Assembly (NCBI GenBank): GCA_000092065.1 | Contig: CP000596.1 | DNA length: 64,000 bases | From: Ostreococcus lucimarinus | Lineage: Eukaryota | Reading direction: 5' to 3' (one strand) | In this document: positions 13,570 through 21,853 of the stretch, piece by piece | How the letters are laid out: every line of letters begins with the position of its first letter | Position numbering within the stretch: position 1 is the first letter of the stretch | Made by a program: the position numbers and the translations under genes | Notes under the pieces: generated by a model | What the model was told of the DNA's origin: nothing | Databases searched by the model: none | What the model saw: the letters and a program-made list of their open reading frames with translations, nothing else

Positions 13570-13571
<2 letters not shown>
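1254..13571 (-). CDS. Giant (about 4,080-4,105 aa) single-exon cell-surface protein with a C-terminal TM anchor. N to C: signal peptide, TSP1-like Cys motif, extensin-like (S)PPPP spacers, LamG/concanavalin-like region, three tandem ~190-aa repeats, EF-hand/dockerin-like Ca-binding pair, ~2,500-aa C-terminal ectodomain. Function unknown.
   Basis: The ORF is uninterrupted for 12,318 nt on the minus strand. The probable true start is the ATG ATG at 13479-13484, giving MMRGLVVASALSSLRGVHG, which looks like a signal peptide. The TSP1-like motif is CVGFWQGSCTAFCGP...RNGGRSCGAYEG...NCEG. SPPPPSPPPP runs are encoded by GGCGGCGGCGGCGAY tracts. The LamG-like signature is FACDGEWHLIAFAVNSVNFMTLYVDPT. 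The Ca-binding loops are DTDGSGGIDKSE and DMDGDGLLNAQE. The C-terminal TM helix is VAIFYTPFAFTLCVALFAFAF, followed by a short tail. Confidence 0.8.
7040..9060 (-). repeat. In-frame tandem array of a roughly 600-bp unit (two near-identical 603-bp copies plus one or two diverged copies) inside the giant gene. Each unit encodes a ~160-aa domain plus a PPPS spacer.
   Basis: The string cgctcgacccagtgaacgtttgtgagagaaccggccttgacagagatatccgcatgcagcgggtactcgggagtctg occurs at 7291 and again at 7894, a period of 603 bp (201 codons). A diverged copy begins at 8494. The duplicated spurious ORFs in the track (MILRFFVRIPN..., MNVCERTGLD...) reflect the same repeat. Confidence 0.85.
13113..13240 (-). repeat. 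Coding G-rich 12-15-nt periodic microsatellite (GGCGGCGGCGGGCTC-like) encoding the (S)PPPP extensin-like spacer. Similar tracts lie at about 7100-7290, 7790-7890, 8395-8490 and 8990-9045.
   Basis: The periodicity is visible directly in the sequence. Read on the minus strand it gives SPPPPSPPPPPSPPPP. Confidence 0.7.
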
Positions 13572-13602
<31 letters not shown>

Positions 13603-13770
13603 GTCGTCCGTCCTCGCGCGCGGCCCTCGCGCGGGCGCCGCGTCGTCGCGCGTCGGGGGTTTCGGTTCGCTCCGCGTTCGTCGCGCTCGCGTCGCGCGAT
13701 GCCGTCGCGCGCGCGACGAACGCGCGCCGCGACGTTTGGGGGAGGTGTTGCGTCTTTTCAAAAAAAAACG

Positions 13771-13803
13771 AGGGTGTTACAAGGGTGTTACGAGGGTGTT
13801 GCG
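13771..13803. promoter_or_regulatory. Three tandem 11-bp repeats, AGGGTGTT(A/G)C(A/G), about 200-300 bp upstream of the giant-gene start. A degenerate fourth copy lies at 13743-13752, next to an A9 run.
   Basis: The sequence reads agggtgttac a agggtgttac g agggtgttgc. The 11-bp period is about one helical turn. It sits in the 5' flank of the minus-strand giant gene. Confidence 0.35.
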
Positions 13804-14218
13804 CGCGGGGCGTTACAAAATAAACGTCTAGGCTAGTTGGAGGACGCGAGGTCGAACGGATTGTTTTCTTCGGGATTCAATCGAATTCTTCGGAATTCTT
13901 GGAGATGCGAGCTCCGCAGCGGACCTCGCGCCCTACGCCTTCGCCCGATTTCGGCGAACGAACGAACGATCGCTCGCCTTCCGGCGGCGGCGCCGACAGC
14001 CCCTCGGGACTGGCGACCACCCACCTGGGAGGAGGGAAATCCCTGACCGCGATGCGCACCATCTCGAATGCGCGCACTCGGGATGATCCACGGACCCGCG
14101 CGCGCGCATCCGAACGATGCGGTAGGGAGTTTCTTTCGACCGACGCTTTTTTTTGTTTGACTTCCGTCGCCCCCGAAGGCGCGTCGACCGCTTCCATCGT
14201 AAAATTCGCGCGCGTCCG

Positions 14219-14764
14219 CTACATCTCGCCGCACTCCGCGATCACGCACGGCAGCTTGGGCTTATTCCCGCCCCCCGTCGCCACGTTCTCCACCTTTCTA
14301 ATCACCAACATCCCGTCTCCCAGCACGCGTCCGAACACCACGTGCTTATCGTCCAACCACTCCGTCTTCGCGCACGTCACGAAGAACTGGCACCCGTTCG
14401 TGTCCGGCCCGCTGTTCGCGCTCGACAGCAACCCCGCACCCGTGTGCCTGCCGACGAACGCCTCGTCGTCGAACTTCGATCCGTATATCGACGCGCACCC
14501 CGTGCCGTCGCCGTTGACGAAGTCCCCGCCCTGAATCATGAAATCCTTGATCACGCGATGAAACGCGCACCCCTTGTACCCTCGCGGCGCGCCCTCGCGC
14601 GAGCGAAACTCCCCCGCGCACATCTGCCTGAAGTTTTCGCACGTCTTCGGCGCGACGTCGGCGAAGAGCTCGAACGTCACCCGCCCCGCGCTCGCGCCGC
14701 CGATCGTCACGTCGAAGAAAACCACCGGATTCGAGTCGACGCGCGCGCGATCGTGCCACGACAT
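14219..14764 (-). CDS. Cyclophilin-type peptidyl-prolyl cis-trans isomerase (181 aa, cytosolic type)
   Basis: The protein reads [33 protein letters not shown]...[14 protein letters not shown]...[24 protein letters not shown]. It starts at a real ATG (cat at 14762-14764). Confidence 0.9.
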   Translation of the reverse strand: MSWHDRARVDSNPVVFFDVTIGGASAGRVTFELFADVAPKTCENFRQMCAGEFRSREGAPRGYKGCAFHRVIKDFMIQGGDFVNGDGTGCASIYGSKFDDEAFVGRHTGAGLLSSANSGPDTNGCQFFVTCAKTEWLDDKHVVFGRVLGDGMLVIRKVENVATGGGNKPKLPCVIAECGEM

Positions 14765-14919
14765 CCTCGGCGACGACGCGCGGCGTCGCCCGCGACGCGC
14801 GCGCGCGGTCCCGGTCGCGCCTCGCGACGCGACGCGGCGATGAGTGTGGACGATTCCTCACATCACAGCGCGCGACGTCGACCGCGTCGACGCTCGGACC
14901 CTCGCGAGACCTTCTCTTT

Positions 14920-14941
14920 ATGGCCGACGACTTAGTGTTCG
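14920..14941 (+). CDS. SUI1: eIF1/SUI1 exon 1 (22-nt micro-exon encoding MADDLVF plus the first base of the next codon). The intron spans 14942-15363 (422 nt; GTGCGT donor, GAGACTGACGAG branch site at 15323-15334, CAG acceptor).
   Basis: The SUI1 homology region (…NDPFANEA…YIHIRVQQRNGRK) has no in-frame Met before an upstream stop at 15297. The only GTGCGT in the 5' flank follows ATG GCC GAC GAC TTA GTG TTC G. Splicing to CC AAC GAT... gives MADDLVFANDPFANEA..., which matches the eIF1 N-terminus (MSDLD..AFDPFADA). Confidence 0.55.
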
Positions 14942-15363
14942 GTGCGTCGACGCCACGCGCGCGGCGCGTCGCGATCGCGTCGCGGCGCGCGCGCGGCGAC
15001 GCGATCGCGACGCGCGATCGCGACCTCGAATCGCGAACGATTCTTTCGGCGTCGCGCGGTTCGCGGCGCGCGCGCGCGCGAAGGGCGCGCGCGCGCGCGC
15101 GATGGACGCGCGATCGTCGCGCGCGACGGCGAGCGGCGCGAGCGGGGACGACGCGACGCGCGCGGGACGGGAAAACGGGACGATGGAGGGATCGCGCGGC
15201 GCGAGGGCGCGCGAGACGACGAGGCGCGCGGGAAGCGCGCGGATCTCGGACGAGACGCGCGAGGGATGACGAGGGATGACGAGGGATGGGGCGCGATGAC
15301 GACGACGACGACGACGCGAACGAGAGACTGACGAGAGGCGCGCGACGAATCCGCGAGACGCAG

Positions 15364-15713
15364 CCAACGATCCCTTTGCTAACGAAGCGCTTGACTTTGG
15401 AGACGAAGAAAAGCCAAAAAAGGAAAAGAAGGAAACCGCGGACTCGGTTCAGGAGAACTACATTCACATTCGCGTGCAACAGCGTAACGGACGTAAGAGC
15501 TTGACGACGGTGCAAGGACTCAACCCGAAGATCAACAAGAAATTGGTGCTCAAGGATCTCAAGAAGAAGTTCAACTGCAACGGATGCATCGTTGAGGATC
15601 CCGATCACGGAGACATCGTTCAGCTTCAAGGAGACCAGCGTAAGCAAATCGCGACGTTCCTTCTCGAGGCGAAGATTTCTAAAAAGGCGTTGATCAAGGT
15701 GCACGGGAGTTAA
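15364..15713 (+). CDS. SUI1: eIF1/SUI1 translation initiation factor, exon 2
   Basis: The protein reads YIHIRVQQRNGRKSLTTVQGLNPKINKKLVLKDLKKKFNCNGCIVEDPDHGDIVQLQGDQRKQIATFLLEAKISKKALIKVHGS, ending at TAA 15711-15713. Confidence 0.85.
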
Positions 15714-16035
15714 AATCTCACGCGCGTGATTTCACGACGGACGCGACGAGACGTCCAAAATTTTACTTACACGTTACACGACGCAAACGCGCGACTGGGA
15801 GACGGCGACCGCCGAAAGACAGACACGTTGAGGGGGGGTAGATTTTTTACCCGCGGCGCTCGCGCCGCCGGTGTACTTCTTGTAGCTTTCTCTTAGCGTT
15901 GTCAGATACGAAATGATACGAATTGCGTGACTTTCGTTTACCAGCCAAACTTCGTCAAGGGCGCGCTCTCGCGAGACGTCGAGTTTAAAAGTTCAATCTC
16001 ACACTACACACACCGCTCGTTCGATTCGTTCGCCG

Positions 16036-16827
16036 CTATTCTTCCTCATCCGGCGACGCGGCCTCGTCTTCGGTCGCCGCCTCCGCCGCGTCGTCGCCGC
16101 GTCGTTTCGTCCCCCACGAGCGCGCCTTTTCGTTCCTCGCCTTCGCCGCGGCCCTGCGCTCGTTCGCGCCCCCCCCGACCGGCCCGCTCACGACGACGTT
16201 CTTATAATTCTCCCCGCTCGACGTCATTTTCAGAATTTTAAATCCGCACAGCTCTCCGACCACGGGCGCGTCCACCTTCCCCCCCCCCGCCGCCGCTCGC
16301 TCCGCCGTCGTCGGCGGCGCTCGACCTCGATACGCTCTCGCCGGCAAAAACGCAATCATTCCCGCGATCCCCACCGCGTACCCCCCGTTCACCGCGTTCA
16401 ATATCCTCCCTTTCACCGTCGCACCCGCGTCGCGCGCTCGCACGAGCTCCCTCCACACCCGCTCCAGCGACCGCCGTCTCGCCAGCCCCTTCACCTCCAG
16501 GTCGAGCGCGCCCGCGGGATTATTCATCCACGTCACCCTCGCCTCCACGACGTCCCCGACCCGCGGCGTCGCGTCCAGCTCGCTCAACTTGTACGTCACC
16601 GCGCCCCGGATCCCCGTCAGCGCGCTCGCGACGCCGTTCCGCGCGTCGACGGCGACTATTCTCGTCGCGATGACTTTGCCCTGCACGCACGGCATCAGCG
16701 CGTTGTGCGCCGCGTCGTCGCGCGTCGGCGTCGAGTGCGGCGCCGTGGCGTCGCGCGTCGTCGTCGTCGTCGTCGCCGCGCCGCGCCGTCCCGCGAGACG
16801 CGCGAGCGCGACGCCGCGTCGAATCAT
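16036..16827 (-). CDS. Small S1-type RNA-binding-domain protein with a probable organellar transit peptide (MIRRGVALARLAGRRGAATTTTT...)
   Basis: S1-like segments are GKVIATRIVAVDARNGVASALTGIRGAVTYKLSEL...VGDVVEARV and ATVKGRILNAVNGGYAVGIAGMIAFLPARAY, followed by an acidic/basic tail. The start is a real ATG at 16825-16827. An alternative internal start lies at 16693-16695. The rest of the 627-aa track ORF upstream is Arg-rich and was rejected. Confidence 0.5.
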   Translation of the reverse strand: MIRRGVALARLAGRRGAATTTTTTRDATAPHSTPTRDDAAHNALMPCVQGKVIATRIVAVDARNGVASALTGIRGAVTYKLSELDATPRVGDVVEARVTWMNNPAGALDLEVKGLARRRSLERVWRELVRARDAGATVKGRILNAVNGGYAVGIAGMIAFLPARAYRGRAPPTTAERAAAGGGKVDAPVVGELCGFKILKMTSSGENYKNVVVSGPVGGGANERRAAAKARNEKARSWGTKRRGDDAAEAATEDEAASPDEEE

Positions 16828-16905
16828 CGTCGCGACGATCGGGACGCGCGTCGATCTGCGGCGCCGCACACGCGCGCGCGGGAGACGCGCGGCGCGGCGA
16901 CGACG

Positions 16906-18279
16906 ATGCGCGCGGCGACGCGCGCGACCGCGGCGCGCGTCGCCGCGACGCGCGCGCGCGCGCGACGCGCGAGGGCGACGACGATTCGCGACGACGATTC
17001 GACGCGGCGTCGTCGCCGCGCGTCTCGCGCCGAGGCGCGGCGCGGCGACGACGACGACGGCGCGAGCGGCGCGAGGGAGACGGCGCCCCGCGCGTCGGCG
17101 CAGGCGCGGGCGTCGGCGATGGACGCGGTGTGGGCGCGCGCGCACCCGAAGTACCTGCAGTCGGACGCGCTCGACGACGCGTTTTGCGACGAGATCGAGC
17201 GCGCGGACGACGTCGCGCGACGGCGGGACGCGGCGAAGATCGGGGCGTCGTCGCGGGAGGGCGGCGCGGGCGCGGCGGGCGACGAGGGGGCGGACGAGGC
17301 GGTGGATTACATTTGGACGGCGATTCGAGAGGAGGCGAGGCGAGACGCGGCGAGGGAGCCGATGCTGTCGAGCTCCCTGTACGCGAGCGTGCTCAGTCAC
17401 GACACGCTGGAGCAGAGCTTGAGCTTCGTGTTGGCGAATAAGTTGGCGGACAGCACGCTGCTGCCGACGCAGCTGATGGAGATTTTTAACACGGTGCTGA
17501 CGGAGGAGGAGGAGACGGCGGCGGGCGCGGAGCTGCGCGAGGCGGTGAGGGCGGACGTCGCGGCGTTCAAGGAACGAGATCCGGCGTGCGTGGGGTACTC
17601 GCACGCGTTGTTGTTGTTCAAGGGGTTTCACGCGCTGGAGTCGCATCGCATTCAGCACGCGCTGTGGAACCGCGGGCAGAGACTCATGGCGTTGGCGATG
17701 CAGAGTCGAATCTCCGCCGTGTTCTCGATGGACATTCATCCGGCGGCGCGGTTGGGGAAAGGGATCTTGATCGATCACGGCACGGGTGTGGTGATCGGTG
17801 AGACGTGCGTGATCGGAGACTCGGTGAGCATCTTGCAAGGCGTCACTCTGGGGGGCACCGGGAAGGCGGTCGGCGACCGTCATCCCAAAATCGAGTCGCA
17901 CGTCTTGATCGGCGCGCACAGCACCGTGCTCGGGAACATCAAAGTCGAGCGCGGATCGATGATCAGTGCGGGGAGCTTAGTGTTGAAGCCCGTCGCGGCG
18001 CACACCATGGTCGCTGGCTCGCCCGCGAAGGTCGTGGGTAAGGTTCGCGACAGCAAACCGTCGCTCGTCATGGACCATCACATCACGCCCATGGCGCCGA
18101 CGTTTTGCGACGACTTGGAAGAGGCGGTGCGTCGACAAGTGAGCGAGGAGAAAGAGAAGTGGACTCGCACGGCCGAAGATGAGGATCGAGTGCGCTCGCA
18201 AGTGATTTCCGCGGACGAGAAGAGGCGGCGAAGACGCGATCGAGGCAGTAGAAGCGGCGGCGATTCGTCGACGCGATGA
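16906..18279 (+). CDS. Serine O-acetyltransferase (SAT/SERAT; left-handed beta-helix hexapeptide acyltransferase) with an R/A/T-rich presequence and a roughly 110-aa C-terminal extension
   Basis: The core reads IHPAARLGKGILIDHGTGVVIGETCVIGDSVSILQGVTLGGTGKAVGDRHPKIESHVLIGAHSTVLGNIKVERGSMISAGSLVLKPV. The in-frame ATG at 16906 gives MRAATRATAARVAA..., and an alternative start (MDAVWARAHPKY) lies at 17119. The track ORF nominally begins at 16705 with GTG, which would overlap the divergent S1 gene. Confidence 0.8.
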   Translation: MRAATRATAARVAATRARARRARATTIRDDDSTRRRRRASRAEARRGDDDDGASGARETAPRASAQARASAMDAVWARAHPKYLQSDALDDAFCDEIERADDVARRRDAAKIGASSREGGAGAAGDEGADEAVDYIWTAIREEARRDAAREPMLSSSLYASVLSHDTLEQSLSFVLANKLADSTLLPTQLMEIFNTVLTEEEETAAGAELREAVRADVAAFKERDPACVGYSHALLLFKGFHALESHRIQHALWNRGQRLMALAMQSRISAVFSMDIHPAARLGKGILIDHGTGVVIGETCVIGDSVSILQGVTLGGTGKAVGDRHPKIESHVLIGAHSTVLGNIKVERGSMISAGSLVLKPVAAHTMVAGSPAKVVGKVRDSKPSLVMDHHITPMAPTFCDDLEEAVRRQVSEEKEKWTRTAEDEDRVRSQVISADEKRRRRRDRGSRSGGDSSTR

Positions 18280-18358
18280 TCGAGTTGTAACAAATGAACA
18301 GTAAATGAATTCACAGCTGCGTTCGCGCACGCCAATCGGACCGACTAAAGAATGTGTG

Positions 18359-19315
18359 TTAATCGAACGGGTCGATGCGAGGATCGTGCTCGGTCGCGAG
18401 CGCCATCCCGGTGCACAAGCACGACGTGCACATAACCTTCGCCGTGCCGCTGCACGTCGGACAAATACATCTCGTGTTCGACGTCGGATCGATCAATCGC
18501 CCCGGGCGGTTGCTCGTCGAGCACTCCGCGCACTGTAAGTACCCACTCCCCTTGCAATACATGCAAATCTTCTTGCGCTGCTCTTTGACGTTTTGAATTT
18601 CGATGACGAAGAAGGCGGAAATCGCCCCCACGGCGCCGCCCGTGAACGAAGCCACGATCGGATCAACCTGCGCGAGCTGCGCGGGCAAGTGCACGCTATC
18701 TATGAACTCCGCGTACGACGTCCCGCCGAGCCCGAGTTTCACTTCCGCCATGGGTGCGATCAACCCTCCGAAGAGGAGCAAAAATCCCACCGCCGCGCCC
18801 CAATAAATCCGATAATCCTTCACGCTATCCTCCGTCAACACCGGGAATCCCGGGATCACGGACTCGAACTCCCGCGTCTCCTTCACCTCATCGTCGTCCA
18901 ACCCGATCGTCTTCACGCGCTGCTGCACCCGCAACCGTCGCAACTCCTCCATCAACAAAAACAATCGCTGTCGGCGACTCTCGATGTTCTGCGCGATCTC
19001 CCCCGCCTGCATGTCCGCGAAATCCACCACACTGTTCCGCCCCTCGATGATGCAATAATTCTCCGGCAACGCTTGCGAATCAAAATCTCGCGCCTCGCCC
19101 TCCGCGTCGTCCTCCTCCGCGTCGTCGTTCGCCGCCGTCGTCGCCGCGCCCTCGCCTTCGCCCTCGCCGATCGCTCTGCGCGTCCCTCCCGCGCGCGTTC
19201 GCGCCCATTCCGCGCGCGCCGTCCGCGACGCTTTCGCGCGCATCCGCACTCGCGCGTTCACCGCCCCCGTTCGCGCGCGCATCGCGCATCGCGTCGTCGG
19301 CGTCGTCGCGCGCAT
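18359..19315 (-). CDS. OR: ORANGE (OR) protein: plastid DnaJ-like Cys-rich zinc-finger membrane protein, the phytoene-synthase holdase
   Basis: Near-identity to plant OR over the conserved core: CIIEGR..VDFA.M...I..NI.SRR...FLLMEE.RRLR.QQR; GLGGTSYAEFI; QVDPIVASFTGGAVGAISA; CMYCKGSGYLQC; KVMCTSCLCTGMALATEHDPRIDPFD. There are two TM helices and CxxCxGxG motifs. Confidence 0.9.
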   Translation of the reverse strand: MRATTPTTRCAMRARTGAVNARVRMRAKASRTARAEWARTRAGGTRRAIGEGEGEGAATTAANDDAEEDDAEGEARDFDSQALPENYCIIEGRNSVVDFADMQAGEIAQNIESRRQRLFLLMEELRRLRVQQRVKTIGLDDDEVKETREFESVIPGFPVLTEDSVKDYRIYWGAAVGFLLLFGGLIAPMAEVKLGLGGTSYAEFIDSVHLPAQLAQVDPIVASFTGGAVGAISAFFVIEIQNVKEQRKKICMYCKGSGYLQCAECSTSNRPGRLIDPTSNTRCICPTCSGTAKVMCTSCLCTGMALATEHDPRIDPFD

Positions 19316-19517
19316 GGCGCGACGCTTTTCGCCCTTTCGCGTCTTCTCGACGCCGTCGACGCGTCGTCGGGCCGCCGTTCGGCGTCGCGAGGCGGTCGGT
19401 CGGCGCGCGCGCTCGCGCGCTCGCGCTCGCGCGTCGCCGCGCGCGTCGGCGTCGGCTCGAGGCGCGCTGTGCGGCGTCGACGCGCGCGCGGGTTATCCGG
19501 AGCGGCCGTCGCCGCTG

Positions 19518-19533
19518 AACCCTAGCTAGGGTT
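19518..19533. promoter_or_regulatory. Perfect 16-bp palindrome AACCCTAGCTAGGGTT (telo-box-like AACCCTA core on both strands) in the OR/QS bidirectional promoter
   Basis: Read directly from the sequence; it is self-complementary. It contains TAGGGTTTAG, which is about 1.4 units of the plant telomere repeat TTTAGGG. It lies within the 384-bp spacer between divergent start codons 19315 and 19700. Confidence 0.4.
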
Positions 19534-19699
19534 TAGACGTATCCATCGCCGACGCCGTCGCCGCGACACGGCGACGCGCGCCGACCGCCCGACGCGCGCG
19601 CGCGACGCCGACGCGCGCGCGACGCTCGCGCCGACCGCCCGCGCGCGCCGACGCGCGCCGACGCGCCGACGCGCCGACGCGACGACGCGAAACGTCGCG

Positions 19700-21742
19700 A
19701 TGACGGCGGCTCGGACGTCGTCGACGTCGGCGCGCGCGACGACGCGCGGGACGGCGACGGCGAGGCGCGGAAGAGCGCGACGCGGCGCGGAAGAGCGACG
19801 CGCGATCGCGCGGCGCGCGATGACGCGCGAGACGACGACGGGCGGGAGCGTGCGGGAGCGCGCGTCGGCGGCGAGCGCGAGGGTTCGGGACGCGGGCGCG
19901 AGCGTCGCGGACCGCGTGAAATGGTTGATCGCGCTCGCGCGAACGCGGGGCGGCGACGACGCGTGGCTGGACGAGGATGGGAGAAATGCGACGACGCGCG
20001 TGATGGGGTGCGCGTCGGCGAGCTGGATCGAGGCGGTGGTGGATGAGGCGAGCGGACGGGTGCGAGCGCGATGCGCGAGCGAGAGCGACGCGACTCGAGG
20101 ATACGGAACGTTGTTGTGCGAGGCGTTGAGCGGTGGGACGGTGGATGAGTGCTTGGAGCTGGGAGATGATTTCGTGGACGCGATGGAGATCGGGATCGGG
20201 TCCAAGGTGGAGAAGTCGCGAACGAATGGGTTTAAGAATATGTTAGAGACGGCGAAGAAGCAGTTGCGAACGCTTCGAGCCGACGCCGGAGGGGATCCGT
20301 TTCCGAGCTTGATCGTCACCGCGGACGAAGTGCGATCGCGTGGATCGTTTGCGGCGTCGCAGGCGTCGTATTTGGAGCCCGATGCGGGCAAAGTGAAGGC
20401 TTTGGTCGAGGCGTTGTCGACGAAGAAGATCGGCATCGTGGCGCACTTTTACATGGATCCCGAGGTGCAAGGCATTTTGATGGCCGCAAAGGCGTCGTAT
20501 CCGCACATCGCCATCAGCGATTCGCTCGTCATGGCGGATTTAGCGGTGAAGATGGTCGAGGACGGGTGCGAGACGATCGGGGTGTTGGGGGTGGATTTCA
20601 TGTCTGAGAACGTTCGCGCCATCATCGACGAAGCCGGGCACGCGGACGCCAAGGTGTATCGCATGGCGGCGGAAGACATCGGATGCTCGCTCGCGGAAGC
20701 CGCACAGAGCGAAAGTTACGATAGCTATCTCGAAGATGCGAGTAAGACGAAGAACTCGGTGCACGTGATTTACATCAACACTGGTTTGGACACCAAGGCG
20801 GCGGCGAATGCGAAAATTCCCACCATCACGTGCACGTCTTCCAACGTCGTGGCGACGGTTTTGCAAGCCGCGGCGCAGATTCCCGACGTGCACGTATTTT
20901 ACGGCCCCGATACGTACATGGGCGGGAACTTGGCCGAGCTCTTGCGTCGGATGACGACGTGGGACGACGAGGACATCAAGGCGATGCATCCGGCGCACGA
21001 CAGAGAAACCGTCAAGGCGCTCTTGCCTCGTTTGAAGTACTTCAACGACGGCACGTGCATGGTGCACGACATGTTCGGCGAAGACGTTTGCAACACCGTG
21101 CGCGCGTTTTACGGCGATGCGTACCAAACCGCGCACTTTGAAGTTCCCGGAGAAATGTTCAAGCTCGCCATGGAGGCGAAGGATCGCGGGTTGGGCGTCG
21201 TCGGCTCGACGCAAAACATCTTGGATTACACGTGCGCGCGCGTGGACGAAGCCATCGAGCGCGCGCTTCCCGAAGGCGAACGTTTGCGATTCGTGCTCGG
21301 CACCGAGACTGGGATGGTGACGTCCATCGTGCGCGCGGTGCAGGCGCGTCTTCGCGCGGCGCGCGACGCGGGCGTTCGCGGCGTCGAAGCCGAAATCGTC
21401 TTCCCAGTTTCCGCCGACGCCATCACCGCCACGGGCGACGCGGAGATCCCTGTCGTGCCCGGCGTCGTCGCGGGCGAAGGGTGCTCGCTCGACGGCGGGT
21501 GCGCGTCTTGTCCGTACATGAAGATGAACTCGTACGACGCGTTGATGAAGATGTGCGACAAAATCGGCTCCGCCGCCGGCGAAGCCGTGCTCGCCGCGCA
21601 GGAGCCGCGCAAATACGAAAGCGCGGACGGCGCGGGTCCATCCATCGCATCGCAAGGATGCGTTCCGATCTTACACATGCGGCATTTCCAAAAGAACAAG
21701 ACGTTTAGCGACGCGTTGGTCGAGGACATCACCACTCGTTAA
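19700..21742 (+). CDS. QS: Quinolinate synthase (NadA) with an N-terminal SufE-like domain (the plant plastid QS/SufE3 architecture) and a transit peptide
   Basis: The SufE-like region reads RVMGCASASWIEAVVDE...LLCEALSGGTVDECLEL. The NadA core includes IGIVAHFYMDPEVQG, ITCTSSNVV and GTETGMVTSIV, plus a C-terminal GCSLDGGCASCPYMKMN. Confidence 0.9.
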   Translation: MTAARTSSTSARATTRGTATARRGRARRGAEERRAIARRAMTRETTTGGSVRERASAASARVRDAGASVADRVKWLIALARTRGGDDAWLDEDGRNATTRVMGCASASWIEAVVDEASGRVRARCASESDATRGYGTLLCEALSGGTVDECLELGDDFVDAMEIGIGSKVEKSRTNGFKNMLETAKKQLRTLRADAGGDPFPSLIVTADEVRSRGSFAASQASYLEPDAGKVKALVEALSTKKIGIVAHFYMDPEVQGILMAAKASYPHIAISDSLVMADLAVKMVEDGCETIGVLGVDFMSENVRAIIDEAGHADAKVYRMAAEDIGCSLAEAAQSESYDSYLEDASKTKNSVHVIYINTGLDTKAAANAKIPTITCTSSNVVATVLQAAAQIPDVHVFYGPDTYMGGNLAELLRRMTTWDDEDIKAMHPAHDRETVKALLPRLKYFNDGTCMVHDMFGEDVCNTVRAFYGDAYQTAHFEVPGEMFKLAMEAKDRGLGVVGSTQNILDYTCARVDEAIERALPEGERLRFVLGTETGMVTSIVRAVQARLRAARDAGVRGVEAEIVFPVSADAITATGDAEIPVVPGVVAGEGCSLDGGCASCPYMKMNSYDALMKMCDKIGSAAGEAVLAAQEPRKYESADGAGPSIASQGCVPILHMRHFQKNKTFSDALVEDITTR

Positions 21743-21853
21743 TCCTTCGTCTCCGCGCGCGCGGCGAATGGAATCAAACGGAATCAAAACAGTTGTCGAG
21801 AGTTGCAATACTACAATAAAGTGATAGCACCACCCATCGCCGTCGCGCACTTC

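Noticed and set aside
14346-15704. 452-aa minus-strand ORF, with many other long ORFs in the track: 331-1152(+), 16705-16905(+) N-terminal part, 18593-19525(+), 20540-21655(-), 26626-27135(+), 30861-31985(+), 31108-32382(-), 32970-34436(+), 41394-42767(-), 40972-42045(+), 45782-46501(+), 47826-48908(+), 62411-63316(-)
   Set aside because: They are antisense to, or out of frame with, well-supported homologous genes. They show extreme Arg/Ala/Gly bias from CGC/GCG-rich DNA read off-frame, and they have no recognisable domains. This is the GC-driven spurious-ORF pattern. Several also begin with GTG rather than ATG.
16705-17118. SAT start at the track's first codon (16705)
   Set aside because: The codon at 16705 is GTG. 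It would also leave no room for the divergent S1-domain gene starting at 16827. The in-frame ATGs at 16906 or 17119 are preferred.
19518-19533. Telomere or interstitial telomeric array
   Set aside because: Only about 1.4 repeat units are present on each arm of a palindrome. This is a single promoter motif, not a telomeric tract.
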